Shown here: positions 42,601-59,430 of the stretch, piece by piece
Position numbering within the stretch: position 1 is the stretch's first letter
Layout: each line of letters starts with the position of its first letter
NCBI GenBank assembly: GCA_002189035.1
Contig: NEEC01000017.1
Coordinates: 372,001-436,000, forward strand
Source of the DNA: Utricularia gibba
Lineage: Eukaryota > Plantae > Magnoliophyta
Direction of reading: 5' to 3'
DNA length: 64,000 nt
Position numbers and translations under genes: made by a program
The notes under the pieces: model-generated
The model's input: only the letters and a program-made list of their open reading frames with translations
The model's database searches: none
Told to the model about the DNA's origin: nothing

Positions 42601-43902
42601 TGATAAACATAAATTTCATGTATCATTACAATAAAAATAAAATTCCGTATCAAATAAATTTATAAACCCTAATCTTCACACAATATAAATTGCACAGTAG
42701 AATTTCGGGGTCGATCACAAGGAGCACATGCTTACTATATGTTTTAGCAGATGCAAGTTCATACAATAAATGATACTCTTAGTCTTAAATCATACTAACA
42801 TTGACATGCAAGACGAGTAAGTCAAATCAAATAATACTATTGAAAGAAGATAAATTCAACCCTTGCAAAAAGGGAAATGTGATGCCTAGGGTACTCCATT
42901 GGTGTGGTAAACAAACTCCTAATTTTTTCATGCAATTTCACACTTTCATAACTCCAAACTATTTAAGTTTACTTGAGTCGTTTGCTAGATCTTTGGCCAT
43001 AATATTCTCTAGTATCCCAACTCATTTCACACATATATCTATCAATTTGTGAAACACATAAAACTCTACTCGAGAGTAACACTTAATAGACTTGTCTCAA
43101 CTCTTTGTCTACCTTTAAGTTGAGGGTTTGACTTATGCAGCTGGTTTGTCTATTCCTTAGGTCTACTCAAACATAGTAATACATACAACGGTTGTGCGAA
43201 AATCATAATTAAAATAGACATTCATCCCACACTACCTTCATTACTTTTGGGTTTATTTAATAATTGGTGCACTAAGCAAGTATTCGTAAAGATAAATTGA
43301 AAATATTATCATAATAATTGTAAGAGAAATAATAACAAAGGTAGAATATTTAATAAATGAGAAAAAAATGAAATAAGTTTCTGCTTCCATTTAATTTCTT
43401 ATAATCCGTAACAATGACGTTGAACTGAGTTTCTGAACTTGTTCTTCTTGTTTGAGATTCTTCTTCTGGAAATCGTCTTCTTCTTCTTTATTAGTTTATT
43501 GTTCTTGAATCCTCTTGAAGAACCTCTCTCAATGAAGCCCCGCTCCTTCGATTTTTCTCTCTTCCAAAAATATCCTCTCTATTTTTCCCATGTGAGCACT
43601 GTTTCTAAAACCCGTATAATTCATGTCCTGAACCTGCAGACTGTGAGTAGTTGAATATCAATCATGTCCCCTCTTTGTGTTTTATGCCCATTGATTTGTG
43701 CATATAAACTAGTTAAATTTGATCCATGATACTACTGTTATCATTTAAAAAAATATTAGAAATCATAATATAAACTAAATGATCAATTTAGTATCTATTA
43801 TGTATTAAAATAAAAATGATATTATAATTAATAAAATATTAAAATCATAATTAAAATACCTAATTTTATAACCTAAAAATACTAATGAAATGTGCATTAT
43901 CA
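42601..43902 (-). mobile_element. Solo LTR, third Athila-type family (C), 1302 bp
   Basis: TGATAA...TTATCA termini with a perfect TSD, AATGA (42596-42600 and 43903-43907). Shares the terminal blocks TATCAAATAAATTTATAA and GGTCGATCACAAGGAGCA with families A/B but has a different core. Confidence 0.9.
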
Positions 43903-44089
43903 AATGATTGAACATTTTGATGATTAGAACTTCCAATGCTGGAAAGATAAGATCTTTGAATTGTAGAATTTTGAAATCTTGTTGCGGATTGGAATTGAGC
44001 CAATCAGGTATATCATCACACTATAATTACCATTCTTGGTGATAAATCTCTTCGATATGTATCTAATCTACGTAGATGTTGCCATTATA

Positions 44090-45800
44090 TGGAAGTTGAT
44101 GATTGCGAAATATACTGTAGGGGAGGATGTAAAATCTCAATTTGCATTCATCATTTTTTTGTAGTGAGAGATGTCTAATGACAAAGAGGTGGTTGTCTAG
44201 AATCACGAATTCCATCATCTCTTGAGCAATATGATTGCTCAAAATATTAATTTGCCTTCGAAATTTGTCATTAATTCATTGATCCATAAGTTACCAAAAT
44301 GATGGGATGATTACAAGGCACATGTGATTCACTTGATCAATCACATAACAATTGATGAGAGGCAGAGGTAAATTGGGAAGAAGTTTGTCAATCACAAATA
44401 TCAAGTAAATGTCCTCAAGAATAAACAAGGAAGATATAAATCTTGTTCAAAAATTATAAGTCTAGTTCTTATAATGTTTTACCTCTGACTAATGATGATA
44501 TCAAAAAGAAAAAGAGGTATTGTTTTGTATGTGATAATATAGCAGAATGCAAAAAGATTGATAAACTTGAAAATAAGGCTCCCAAAGCCAATGTTAGCAT
44601 GGTTCAAGGAATGATAATGATGAGGTGATTGTCACTATGCTTGGTTATTTGAACCTAATCGAGGCAAGTGATGATCGAATAATGGACTCAGAAGCTAATT
44701 GTCATGTTCGCTCAATGAAAGAGTATTTCACCTCTTATAGTCTACTCGAGGGTGACAATTATGTGATCAAGTTTGCATAAAAGTCTACCTCATTAGTGCT
44801 TGAAAAAGGAGAAATCACTCTGAAGTTTACCTTTGGAAAGATTGTCCTTTTGAAAGATATGTTACATGTTTCTACCGTAAAGACTAATGTCATCTTTACT
44901 ACAAATGGATAAGTGTGGCCTAAATACCAACTTAGGCAATGGAGTTGCCGTGGTGACAATAAACAATGTCTTTGTTGGGAAATGATACATTAATAGTCAA
45001 GAGTTGTATATGATAAATGTCTTTGTTATCTCTTAGAATTAAATTGATTCTGCTTATATGATGTGTTCTTTAAATATATGGCATGCTAGATTGGGTTATG
45101 CCAATTTTTCCTATATGAAAAGGATGCATCATTTAGATTTGATTTTGAAGTTGCATGATTTATATGATAAGTGTGAGATTTGTGTAAAGGAAAAAATGAT
45201 TAAGAAATCATGTACTTTTATGACTAAAGAATTTGAATTGCTTGCATTAATTCAAACATATGTGATTATAAGATGTGCATATCAAGATGTGGAAACTGAT
45301 GATTGCTCTAGATATACTTGAATGTATGAAACATAAATTTGAAGCATTTGATAAGTTTTTGTTATTTAAAACTAAAATAGAAAATCATCTTGAAAAAAAA
45401 TAAAGAGAGTCACATCTCATAAAAGAGGTGACTATGTATTATTCAAAAACTTTTGCAAGAAACATAGAATAATACATGAGAATACTCCTCCCTACTCCCC
45501 TGAATTGAATGGAGTGATTGAGAAGAAGAATAGGACATTGATGAATATAATGAATTCAATGCTTATTACTTCCGACACTCTAGATAAAATATGGGGGAAG
45601 CAATTCTCATAACTTGTCATATTCAAAATAGAATCCTACACAAGAAAATATACAAAACTCCATATGAGATATGGAAATGCTATACACTGAATCTTAAATA
45701 TTTAAGATTATGAGAATGTTTAGCAAAAATGATGTTACGTGATCCTAAGAAAAAGAATATTGTTTTAAAAACATTGGTTGTTTGTTTAGAGGATACGGTA
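44090..45800 (+). mobile_element. Degraded Ty1/copia gag-protease-integrase remnant
   Basis: Gag LIHKLPK*WDDYK, protease IMDSEANCHV, LKDMLHV, WHARLGYANF, integrase YSPELNGVIEKKNRTL and RILHKKIYKTPYEIWK, with many stops and frameshifts. Confidence 0.8.
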
Positions 45801-47585
45801 TAGATGCTGTCTTTATGCATGAAATAAGACTAGATGCCTCAAGTTAGTTTGTGTGATGCGGTACTAAAGTCCTTAGTTTAATTTACTATGTTTTTATATT
45901 AACAATTCCAAATAATCTAAGCCTATCTAGTTCATTTATGATGTTTTTGGCTAAGAAAGTCCTCAATGCCATCAATCATTCCATATTTATGTCTATCCAT
46001 GTGAGAAATATATAGAACTAAACTTCATTGGTTCTACACAAGACTAACATTTATTTTCACTACCTTGACTTGTTGGTTTTCCTTTGAATCAAGTTTTTGA
46101 GTTGCAATGTTATTTGCTTCCCCTACATAGGTCTAACCGAGTAATGGTAAAAACGAAAGTTAACTATACAATGATAAATGATCTCATGAACCTTAATTCA
46201 CATATCCTCTCACACCTTAAGACATCTCTAAGTGTTTTAAGTGTTTTCAACTTAGCATGTTTTTATTCTTCGTGTTTTTTATTATTTTTACACATGAATC
46301 AGAGTAGTAACTGGAATATGTTTAGGTTATTTTTTAAGCATGGTTAATTTTTGTATTAAGCGTAATTGTTACTTTTAAATTTGAAGAAATGTTATTTTAC
46401 ATATTATATTGTTTGTCTATAGTGTAGAAACAATTTTGTGAATTTTTTTACTAATTTCTTTAGATTAGAAATCCACTTATCAATAAAAACCACTTATTTA
46501 ATCTCACTTGTATATGAGACTCAGTTTGCTTGCTCTCTGTGGAATGACATAGACTTGCCATTATTGTATTATTTTTTTTTATTAATATACTATAGAATAC
46601 TTATTTATTTTTACAAATATATTTTGATGGAAAAAACCTTTAAACATACGATATCCTTATAATTTTCCTTCTATCACTTAGCCATACCATAATCTCTTAA
46701 GCTACTTTGTGATTGGAGCACCTAACTTCATGCTAATTCACCCAACAACCTTCAAATCTATTGGAATTTATACTTTGAGTAAGGAATCCTAGAATTTTAC
46801 ATAGATAGTATATAGTAAAATTATGTGTAAATAGAAAAAATGTTAAATATACAGAATAATATTAAGATCAACCTAGCTCTAGTATCATATAAAAATTGAA
46901 AGAAAAACTACATTAATGGAGTTAAAGAAGGGGATAAAAGCTTACAATATTGTGCACATAACAAGTTGAAAGAGTGTTTGAAGAGCCCTCCCTCTCTTTC
47001 TTCATATAGACAAAAAGTATTACATTAATAATTACAATATAATTATTATCTTTAACCCACACACTTCAATATTAAGTAGGTTGAATTAATTTTACATTTT
47101 AAAATACATATGTTTTTATATAATCAAGCTTTAGATTCAATCATGGGATTTGAGAGGTTGGGGAAAAAACTTGTGTTAAAGTATTATATTTATTCCTATT
47201 TTTTGTTATTAAATACATATAAAATAAATTATATGCATTTTCATAATACTTTGCATTATTTTTAAGTATAAATTTAACTATACATTTTTTATTATTTTTA
47301 CAAATTATAATTCATTATGTTGTAAAGAATACTTTATGTATGTTCAAATTGTTTTCAATTTCTCATTTTTATATAAATTAAACCCAAATCGAATACATTT
47401 AACATAACATTTAGTCCACTAACCCTCCAAGCTAAAAAAACGCTTACGCCGCAAGGGGAGAAACCCCCCAGTACTTATTGAACAAGGAGCAGGATACAAG
47501 TTTGACAAAACTAGTTCTACAACGACACATGAGCGCACTTCAACGCAAGGCCTGCCCTGCCGTCTTGCAAAACACAGAACAATGA

Positions 47586-50309
<2,724 letters not shown>

Positions 50310-51926
50310 GGTGGAACTGCGAGGACGGAGATGATAGGGTTCAACAGCAGTCACAGAATCAAAGGTGAGTGATTAAGTACCAAAAACCAAAAGGCCAGCC
50401 CACAATAAAAGGGGCTTACTTGGGTCACTGAGGGTCCATACATGGGCCATGTTAGCCCATAACAATTCAAGTGCCTCAGGATGGGCAACATTTGGATCAT
50501 ACAAGTTAGTTGAAAAATATTAGTAAACTTCATACTTTTAATTTAACTTATCAAAATACCACAAACTTTAGAAAGAGAATTAAAAATTATTATTAATCCA
50601 ATATCAATTTATTATATTTATTTTAATCATGACATAATATTTTAAGAATATAGTATAAAATTAAAAGACATTTTTAATATATAATTCAAATTAAATAATT
50701 AATTTTAGTCATATATTTTAATTATTTTTATTTTATATTATTTCTTCCTTGAATGATTATTATCCGAACATGCACAATGATTACGTTAATGGTATCATTC
50801 TATATGAGTACGAGTTATGTATAAATTATTTCCGTATAAACTTTTCGACAAGAACACATAATCTAATGCCTCATTCATGATGATTAAAGAAATGTTCGAG
50901 TGCTTTACTCACACATTTACATATTGTTAATCGATTTATGTTGCAAAAAGCTAATGGGAGAAAACTTAAGTTCTTGTATTACGGAAAAGCTAGTTGCCTT
51001 GAAACAATAATTGCACGGGAGCTTAAGCAAACCCAAGTGTAGAAAGATAATACCAAGACTTCAAATGCATTGATTTGTTATCATGAAATCTCTCACTCAT
51101 ATCCTTTTATTCTCATTTTTTCTTCCCACGGAATACATTTTAAGTAGAATATCGAATGACTTAAAGAAAAAATACATTATTACAGTTACCAATAAATTAT
51201 GTAAACATAAAGAGATCGAATACAATTCATATGATATACTTTCTAAAACAATAAATAAATCATAGGTATTCATTCAATCACTCATTTTAATTTATAACTA
51301 TAAGTATTGTTGATTTCTTAGTATTTGTAAAAATGAATAAATAAAGTAACAAAATATCCACAAATTTCTCTATAAAAGAATGATGATATAAAATTTATCA
51401 TAACAACTTTTTTGTACCTTTTTCCAAAATTATGTCTTTTTAGTAAAGAAGTATTCTTTACTAAATTGTCCAAAATTTACTTGAAATTGTATTACAGTGG
51501 CTAAATTTTAAGAAATGATAATGAGATCTCACATTATGATAGGGATGATTGTGATTTTATAGAAGTGAAACATTCTATCTCATTCAATAAGCTATTAAAT
51601 ATTATTGAAGATGAATTTAATTTTTCATTCCAACAAGTATAAAATCATCGCTAAATTTAGTGACAAAACCATCAAAACAGCTTCCTTTCAATGTTGGGTT
51701 ATATATTTCTCTAAACTCAGAAAATTATGAAATCACTACAAGTCATGAGGGTGAATATATTTTTGTTTTAAAATTTATTTTATAATTCTCCAATTAATCT
51801 TATAATATTTAAATAAAAAAGATTCATATAATACTCTATATTTGATGATTTTATCGGCAAATTTACAAAGCCACCATATGCATTTGAGAACGAAAGTAAT
51901 TATAGTCATAATACTGATGATGAAAG

Positions 51927-53084
51927 TGATAAAGAAAAATTTACAACGTCATTAAAATTACAAATTCTTCTATCAAATAAATTTATAAATCTAATTTACA
52001 TCTAATTATACAACAAATATGAGCATAGTTGACTAATGTTGAACACAAAAAGTTATGTGTTTGTTATGTGAAGTTTGATGCATGCTATTTTTATCACGTT
52101 TGAAAGATTTAGTTTTAATTAGGACTAACAGTTTCACAATAATATACAAATCTATAGTAAACTGGTAAAAGCAGATTTTTATCTCAAATTAATCAAGATG
52201 ACGCATTGGGACTTCTTAGAATTGCATGCTTATCACTAAAATAATCTTATCTAAATCATAAATCATGCATCTAATAAGCAAAAGTTAAGTCTATCTAAAT
52301 TTTTGTTTTCCTCTAGTCTACTTTTAATTAGACTTGTTTATCATGTATGTCACTACTTTCTTCTTCTAAATTTATCCTATTTTGTTAAAGAAATTATGTA
52401 ATTTATGGCTAACAAAATTAAAAGGATGATTTGCACTCTATCTTTCCTTTGGTCCCAAGTCACCCTTAGATACTTAGCTATTCGTACGAAGGGAAAATAG
52501 AATACCTTCATAACATAGCAATTAAAACATGTTCATGTCATAATGCAATAACAAGAAAATAAACATAAACAGAAATAGAAATCGTAAATAGTTCATGCAA
52601 AAAGCTAAAACTACTCGCGACTAGGTATAATGTTCCTGATAAACAAAGAAAATTTCAGTTTAAGTTTGGTTCTTCGTTTCATATTCTTCGTTCTCCATGG
52701 TTCTACTATGGTTTCCTATAAAATCTTCTCCCTATAATTGTGTAGTGTGCTGTTTAAAATAGTGCAGATATTTTCTCTTCCTTTATTATACAAAAAATCT
52801 ACTTTTCTTCCATATCAAGATTTGATATCTTTTATTTTCAACATTTTTCTCCATCTCCTACCACTTCACTATTCTCTTTCGACTTCTTGAAATTTGAGCT
52901 GCCAAAATGTGTTGCATTGCTCACGAGAATAATTAGAACTAAGATTAATACTGTCCCAATTAGAAATAAAAGACATATAGTGATGCTAGTCATAAAAACG
53001 CAGAAATACACAATAAAATTCGTGTTTTGTAGCAAAATATTAATTATTTTTATATTCGTAAACACTTCAAAATATGTATTATCA
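51927..53084 (-). mobile_element. Older solo LTR, family B-like (1158 bp)
   Basis: TGATAA...TTATCA termini with flanks GAAAG/TAAAG (4/5). Colinear but more diverged than 4866-5946. Confidence 0.75.
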
Positions 53085-53399
53085 TAAAGGTACCATGATT
53101 TCAGTCAATGATTTTGTTACATATTTTTTAATAATAAAGTTTCAATTATTATCAATTCAATTATTTAATAATTATTTTTTCTTGTGTATTTAAGTGAATA
53201 TTTTATTAATTTATTTGAATTACCTATGAGTTCATTTATGTTATTGAATTCTACAATTACTCATACTATATTTTTTTGGAGAAAGTATTGTATAAATTAA
53301 CCATTTATTAATTTAATTTTTTGAATAGATTATTGATATCTATAAATCTAAATTTTTCAAGTACATATTATATCAAGATGACATATTTTTTATGACAAA

Positions 53400-54900
53400 G
53401 ACAGATGAGATGTATGTGCGAAGAAGAAAAAGATCATATACAAATATTGTTTATGCAAATGAAGAAATTGAATTCCTCAACTAGAAGCTATTAGAAGAAT
53501 ATGGACAACATTTTCAGCCATTAGAAAATGTTTACACATGACAAATGAGAATAATACAGAGCTTGAATATTGTGTTGGTGATACCAATAGATCCTTGACT
53601 TAACTTTTATCGGAATGTATTGCATTACAATATTATTTTTTTTCAAATGGAATATTATATGACACATAATAATAAGGCTCAATATCATGTGTTGTATTTG
53701 TAAAAATACAACTAGTATTTTGATTATCTATATTACCACAACATTGGATTTCAATGTCAATTAAAGACTTGGAATGTTATGAATATCATATGATCTCAAA
53801 CATGTGAATTCACACTAAATTTGGCAATATTTCATCAAAATTTGACAAACTCAAGAATTGCTCATAAATTGGTGAATCTTATTCATGAAAAATGAATACC
53901 AAAGAATGATATTGTAATATCATAAGAATATTAGGCTATGATATTCCATAGATAAGTTTGGTCAAGTTTGTATAACGTATATGAGTTAAGATATGGAACA
54001 TAAGAAAATTTCATATCTAAATTTTCAAGGTATCTAAAGCAGGTTCATGGAATGAATCCCAAGACGATAATAACAGAAGATCATGCTAAGGTAAATGGTG
54101 ATGAAAATTTTTAAAAAGTATTCTGAGCATTCGGATTCATTAATGATGTTTTCGTTTACTATAGACCAGTGTTATGCATCAGTGCTATGTATCTGTATGA
54201 TTACAAGTTGTTAGCCATTCTTATGATTGATACTAAAAATTATATATGTCTAATCATAAATACTTTTGTACCAAGTGGAGAGGAAAAGTAAGTATTTTAT
54301 GAGACAATTAGACTTATATGTAATACGTGAGAGTCATTAAATGTGCTGAATCAATTATCAAGGATCTGGACTTTTAGCAGCCTATTAAATCCATAGGTGA
54401 TTTTCACCACTTCATGGATTACATAGATTTTGTGTATTTCATATATAGAAAAATTGCATAAGTCATGTTGGATGCAAAGTAAAAGAACTAGGTGAAATTA
54501 TTTAGAAGGCATCATATGCAAGAATAAGGCTAGATTTTGAAGATGCTATGAAAGCATTGGAAGTGAAAATTTGAATACATTCAAATACATGAAAGCAATC
54601 TCATTAAATCAATGAATTTTACTATATGATGGTTGTCATTGGTAAGCTACATTTATATTCTTATCTTAAATGATCTTGTAGAGTATGAACCTTAACATGA
54701 TTATGGAAAATAGAAATTCTATCATGACTAAAAAACATGTGAAGCATTCAGCAATCCATTACGTCAGGCTCGTCGCTTACAATTAAAGAAAATTGCAAAG
54801 TAATATTATTATTTATAGTTTGATCATATATAAACTATAAGACTAATGGATTATATTTAATTTATCTATTAGAAAAGCTAAGGATATTTCGAATGGCATA
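53400..54900 (+). mobile_element. Mutator-like (MULE/MuDR) transposase relic
   Basis: KVF*AFGFINDVFVYYRPVLCISAMYLYDYKLLAILMIDTKN (54115-54240) resembles the MULE RVFWAFG...CRPVISIDGTHLY motif. HRFCVFHI at 54422 resembles HRFCLRHI. Boundaries are approximate. Confidence 0.7.
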
Positions 54901-54972
54901 GGCAGCCGCAAATCCTATATTAGCAAAGAAAATCTTATTTAGAGAACAAATTTAAAATAAATATAATGCAGT

Positions 54973-57541
54973 TGATAGCACACAAATTTTCATGTTTTTA
55001 TGATATGAAAAATACAAGTTTTAATTATATTTAGTTATTTATTTTATAGTTTTAAGTATTTTTATGTAACTTAGGAAAAATGTGATTTTTTGTATGTTAG
55101 TGGGCTAAATCAAAAGATTTAGCCCACCCCATATTCTAACCCAATTTTGAGTCTAACAGCAACCTCCAAAAATTATGGAGAGACACAAGGATTTCGTGCA
55201 AGTCACCATGTAGCAGGAGGAGTAGGGAGCAATGAGCACATTGTTGCGGTGGCAGTCTGCAAGTCAGGGGTAGAGCAACATAATTGTTAGAGATTATACT
55301 TGTTTTTGAAAGTGAGAGACAAAGAAAAAACCGAAGGAGAGAGAATCGAAAAGGGGGCTCGATCAGCTTCAACAACACACACACGAGGGGGTTTCCTCTC
55401 CAACTCAAACACTACGAATATTGAACCAGAGGGGAGAACAAGGGCGATTTTTGGAAGAAGAACCTCCAACATGAAGGAAGAAGACCAAGACCAAGTCCAG
55501 CGTTACTGCTCTAGCCTATGAACAATGGTCGATGGAAACCAGAACTATTACTGCTTTACTTTCGTTTGTTGATATTTTTAGTTTTTGCAACCAACTCTTT
55601 CACGACATCCTTGACATTTTCTTTGCTTTATGTTAATGTTGTCATATTTTACCTACCAAGTATGAGAAGCTAGAACCTTAGGGATACTTTAAGGTAAAGC
55701 ATGATAGTGTTGAATTAGGATTCATGACATAATTCATCATTGTTTCTTAGCTCTTGTTTCTATCATTTCATGTGTAGACCTAAAGAAGGTAACAAGTAGC
55801 TTCACAACTAAGATGCTTGATTTAGAGATAGATGATAACACATATTTTTGAGTGATTACGCACATGGAAATTACTCATATTGTGCTACAAAAATTATGTT
55901 TTATTGCCTAGTTCTATATTTTTGCACATAAAAACTGTAGTTGTGTCATTTAAGTCTTAGTTGGGACTAAATCTACGACTTAGTCCAACCCTTCTAATAG
56001 TTTCCTCCGAGCAATGCAATACATGTCGACAACACAAATCCCAAGGAGCCGAATATGAATAGTGTAGTGGTAGAGGATGCGGTAGAAGTCTGAAAAGGAG
56101 TACACACAAAATCCAAGGAAGAGAAAAATGGAGATTTTGGACAAAAAAGGGGGACAACATGGAGAGAGAATGCATATCTCTCCCATTGGAGGCTCGTGAC
56201 ATTCTTTCTAGAGAAGGTTTTTCTAGGGAGGAATAAGGAGGAAGACAAACATGAATGAAGCTGAAGTTTTAAGACTATTTTCTGTTTTTGATGAATATTA
56301 CTCTTAGCTAAGAGTAGCTAGTGACGTTTCTAGTTTTAGTTGACATTTTACATTCCTTGTTTGCTTTCTTATTCAAGAAATGAGTACAATGTGGATGATA
56401 TTTTCTTTTCTATTTTCGTATACCTTAAGCATGAGTGGCTAAGCACTTAGGGGGTGCCTTGGGGTGAAAGGGGGATAAATGTACTAATCAATATTTAGAT
56501 CTAATCAACCATAAGTCACGCTGATTCTTTAACAAACCAGGATAGATCTAGGAGGGGGAAGTAGTGAAACCCAACTTAACAATCCTAATTAGAGGTAGAC
56601 TAAAGATTAGGGGGAAAGGGTCCGGGTAGACCTAAACTTGTGAGTTAGTTGTATGATTTATGGTATATATGAGCATGTTTAGTGATAAGCATACATCTCC
56701 TAGGAATCCCAAGGCATCACTCATTTCTTTCTAGAAACAATTGAGCTCCAAAACTTATTACTTTTCTTTACTGTATTCCGTTGTAGTTCTGTCTTAATCC
56801 TAGTTGAGACCAATTCTACCAACGTGACACTAATTCTTTGCATTGCTCTTCACATAGCAAGCACCTAGCTCCTTGTGTTCGAGCCTAGTCCACTATGCTC
56901 ATATTTTTCATATGATTTGATGTGAATTAGGTTTATAAATTTTATTTGACAGGAGAAATTTGCAAATTAACGACTTGCACTAATTTTTCGTTTATCACTA
57001 GACCAACAAATCAAGGCGGGAGCAATAGGTGTTAGTCCATGGTAGAACTAGTAGAACCGAGCAAACCTAGTTCTATACACTTTACATGCAGGTTGACCTA
57101 ATTGCAATGTTGGTAATGATATTGAGAACTAGTTTAACTGAAAATATGATGAATGACCTAAATACAGTTAGGTTATTTAAAGTTGTGAGTGTAGGAACAT
57201 GGTAAATTAAATTAGGCATTTTAGTACCACACCACCTGCAAACCCTTAAGGCATCTTAGTATTACTCTAAGCTAGAACCAGTACTTGTTACCTTTAGCGT
57301 TGAACCTGATTTCGTTTACTGAACTTGCTTACCACGGTTAGTTTGAACTTCGACTAAGACCCACTGTTATTCCAAATTCTGCATCTATTGAACTTAGCAA
57401 GCACAAGCTCCTTGTGATCGACTTCGAAATCCACTATACAAGTTTTCTAAATTTGTATTTTATGTAGATTAGGGCTTATAAATTTATTTGATGTCGGAAT
57501 TCTATTTTTATTGCAACAATATTAAGAATTCCCGTTTATCA
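54973..57541 (+). mobile_element. 5' LTR (family A, about 1.4 kb net) of a truncated Athila element, interrupted by a nested family-B solo LTR
   Basis: Begins TGATAGCACAC, ends CCCGTTTATCA and is followed by a PBS and gag. Net length is 1399 bp after removing the nested LTR and one TSD. Confidence 0.88.
55833..56997 (+). mobile_element. Nested solo LTR, family B (1165 bp)
   Basis: TGATAACAC...TTTATCA termini with flanks ATAGA/CTAGA. The host LTR sequence (GATTTAGAGGTAGACCAATAAATCAAG in copy 1) resumes across it. Confidence 0.88.
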
Positions 57542-57544
57542 AAT

Positions 57545-57562
57545 TGGTGTCATTGCTAGGGA
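57545..57562 (+). promoter_or_regulatory. Degenerate primer-binding site of the Athila type
   Basis: TGGTGTCATTGCTAGGGA, 3 nt after the LTR end, compared with the Athila-type TGGCGCCGTTGCCGGGGA. All differences are C>T or G>A. Confidence 0.75.
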
Positions 57563-57593
57563 GTGGTGTTGGATTGTTTTGTGTTTTTAGTTG

Positions 57594-59430
57594 ATGCATT
57601 GGCATTCTTCTGGTGCAGATAATCTTGTTTTCTACCAAGAAATGGAGAGAGCTATCAGTAAGAACAAGGTAAAAGTGAAGGAAGCGAGTAGATTGAGGCA
57701 ACTCCCACCTGAGAGCAATAGCACTTTCAGAATGGCTGAACCTATGAAGACCTTAAATGAATTAGATGTTGCTGATCACACTTACAGGGGTCTATGCATC
57801 AGATTTCCAAGGATGGAGTAAACGAGCTTAAACCGGCGATGATCAATTTTTTGCCAAAATTCTATGGGAAAAGTGGAGAGAACCCCCATGAGTATTTAGA
57901 CAATGTAACAGCAGTATGCACTTCATTCAAGGGAGTTGAAATGACTGAATATTACATTTATTTAAGAGCCTTCCAATTTACTTTGGAAGGAGGAGCCAAA
58001 ACGTGGTTCAACACATTAAGGCCTGGAAGCATAACCGATTGGGCTGAAATGAAGAAAGTGTTTTTGAGTAAATATTTTCCAGCTTCTAAGGCCGAAGGGA
58101 TAAGAAAAGAAATTAGTGATGTTGAATAAATGAGTGGAGAATCATTGTACAAATATTGAGAAAGATTTAATCATCTTTTGGGTTTCTGCCCATACCATGG
58201 CTTTCAGACCAATGCTTTGGTCAATTATTTGTATGATAGACTCTTGTGCACTCATAGAGCCATGGTAGATTCGGCGGCAACAGGAATTTTAAGGAAAAAG
58301 ACACCAACCGAAGCTCTTTCCTTGCTTGAGGAGTTGGCTAAGCATTCGAGACATATTATTAGGAAGCAAGCTTCAAACAAGAGGGTGTATGAATTGGAGA
58401 GCAAGCTCAGAGTTTCAGAGACTAAACTCACGAAAAATATTGCTGCTATGTCTAAAATGATGAAGGAGCTATTCTTATTCCAAGTCAAGAACATGCCGTG
58501 CGGGAACTGTCACATAACAGGGCATGTCACGGACAAGTGCCTAGATTTATTTGAGAAAGAGCATATCAAGGCTATGGTTTATTTGGAGCCCCAGCAATGA
58601 AGAAGTATGATCCATATTCAAACACTTACAACTCAAGATGGAAGGATCATCCGAATTTCCGTTGGGACAACAAAGAAAATTCTTACAAAGGGGAGAGCTC
58701 AACCATGGGGCAGCAAAATTTTCAGAAGCAAAGATCTTATCAAGGACCTCCATTTCGAAGGCAAAACCAACAGAACCAACAACCATTTCAAGCTTCAAAT
58801 CAAGGCAATGCTGGATGGAATTTTGGAAATTCATTGGAAGAAATGTTGAAGACATTCATGGCGCAATCAATAAAAAATGAAGCTGAAAATCAACAAGCAA
58901 TCCAGAATTTGGCAGTAGAGCTTGGAGACCTGAAACAGAAAGGGAGCTTACCATCTCAACCCATGCCAAACCCAAATTCCAATAGAGGGCCGAACATCAG
59001 CGCCATCACACTTAGAAGTGGAAAAGAGAAACCTGGACGAGAACTAGTTCAAACTGAGACTAAGGAGAACAAAATTGAGGAGTATGAAGTTGTTGTGCAA
59101 AGTGAAGATGAAGTTGAAGTACTTCAAGAACCTATCACGGTGAAGGTGATCCAACCTCCCGTTCTAGGAAGGATGAAGCTGAAAGAAGAGCAAAGTGAGA
59201 AGGAAAAAATATTGAAAGCATTGGGAAACACTCAATTGAATTTAACTCTCTTGGAGTATATTGATCTTGTGCCGAAGAGTATTAAATATTTGAAGCAGCT
59301 GTGTATGTCTAAACCTAAGTTGAAGGAGAAAGGTAAGGTGAAATTGAGTGAAAGCTACTCAACACTTCTCACATGGAAACTACCCGAAAAATGTAAGGAT
59401 TCGGGTATATTTTTTATTCCATGTAGAATC
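57594..59430 (+). pseudogene. Athila (Ty3/gypsy) gag, broken by stops/frameshifts and truncated before the protease
   Basis: LPKFYGKSGENPHEYL, LRAFQFTLEGGAKTWFNTLRPGSITDW...FLSKYFP, CGNCHITGHVTDKC knuckle, YDPYSNTYNSRWKDHPNFRW, ISAITLRSGK, LPEKCKDSGIFFIPC. Confidence 0.88.

Noticed and set aside
45800-46350. Possible additional LTR after the + strand copia remnant
   Set aside because: No second copy, no defined termini and no TSD found in the window.
51734-51742. CACTACAAG as a CACTA transposon terminus (also CACTACAA at ~32213)
   Set aside because: No matching opposite TIR with a 3-bp TSD, no subterminal repeats and no transposase.
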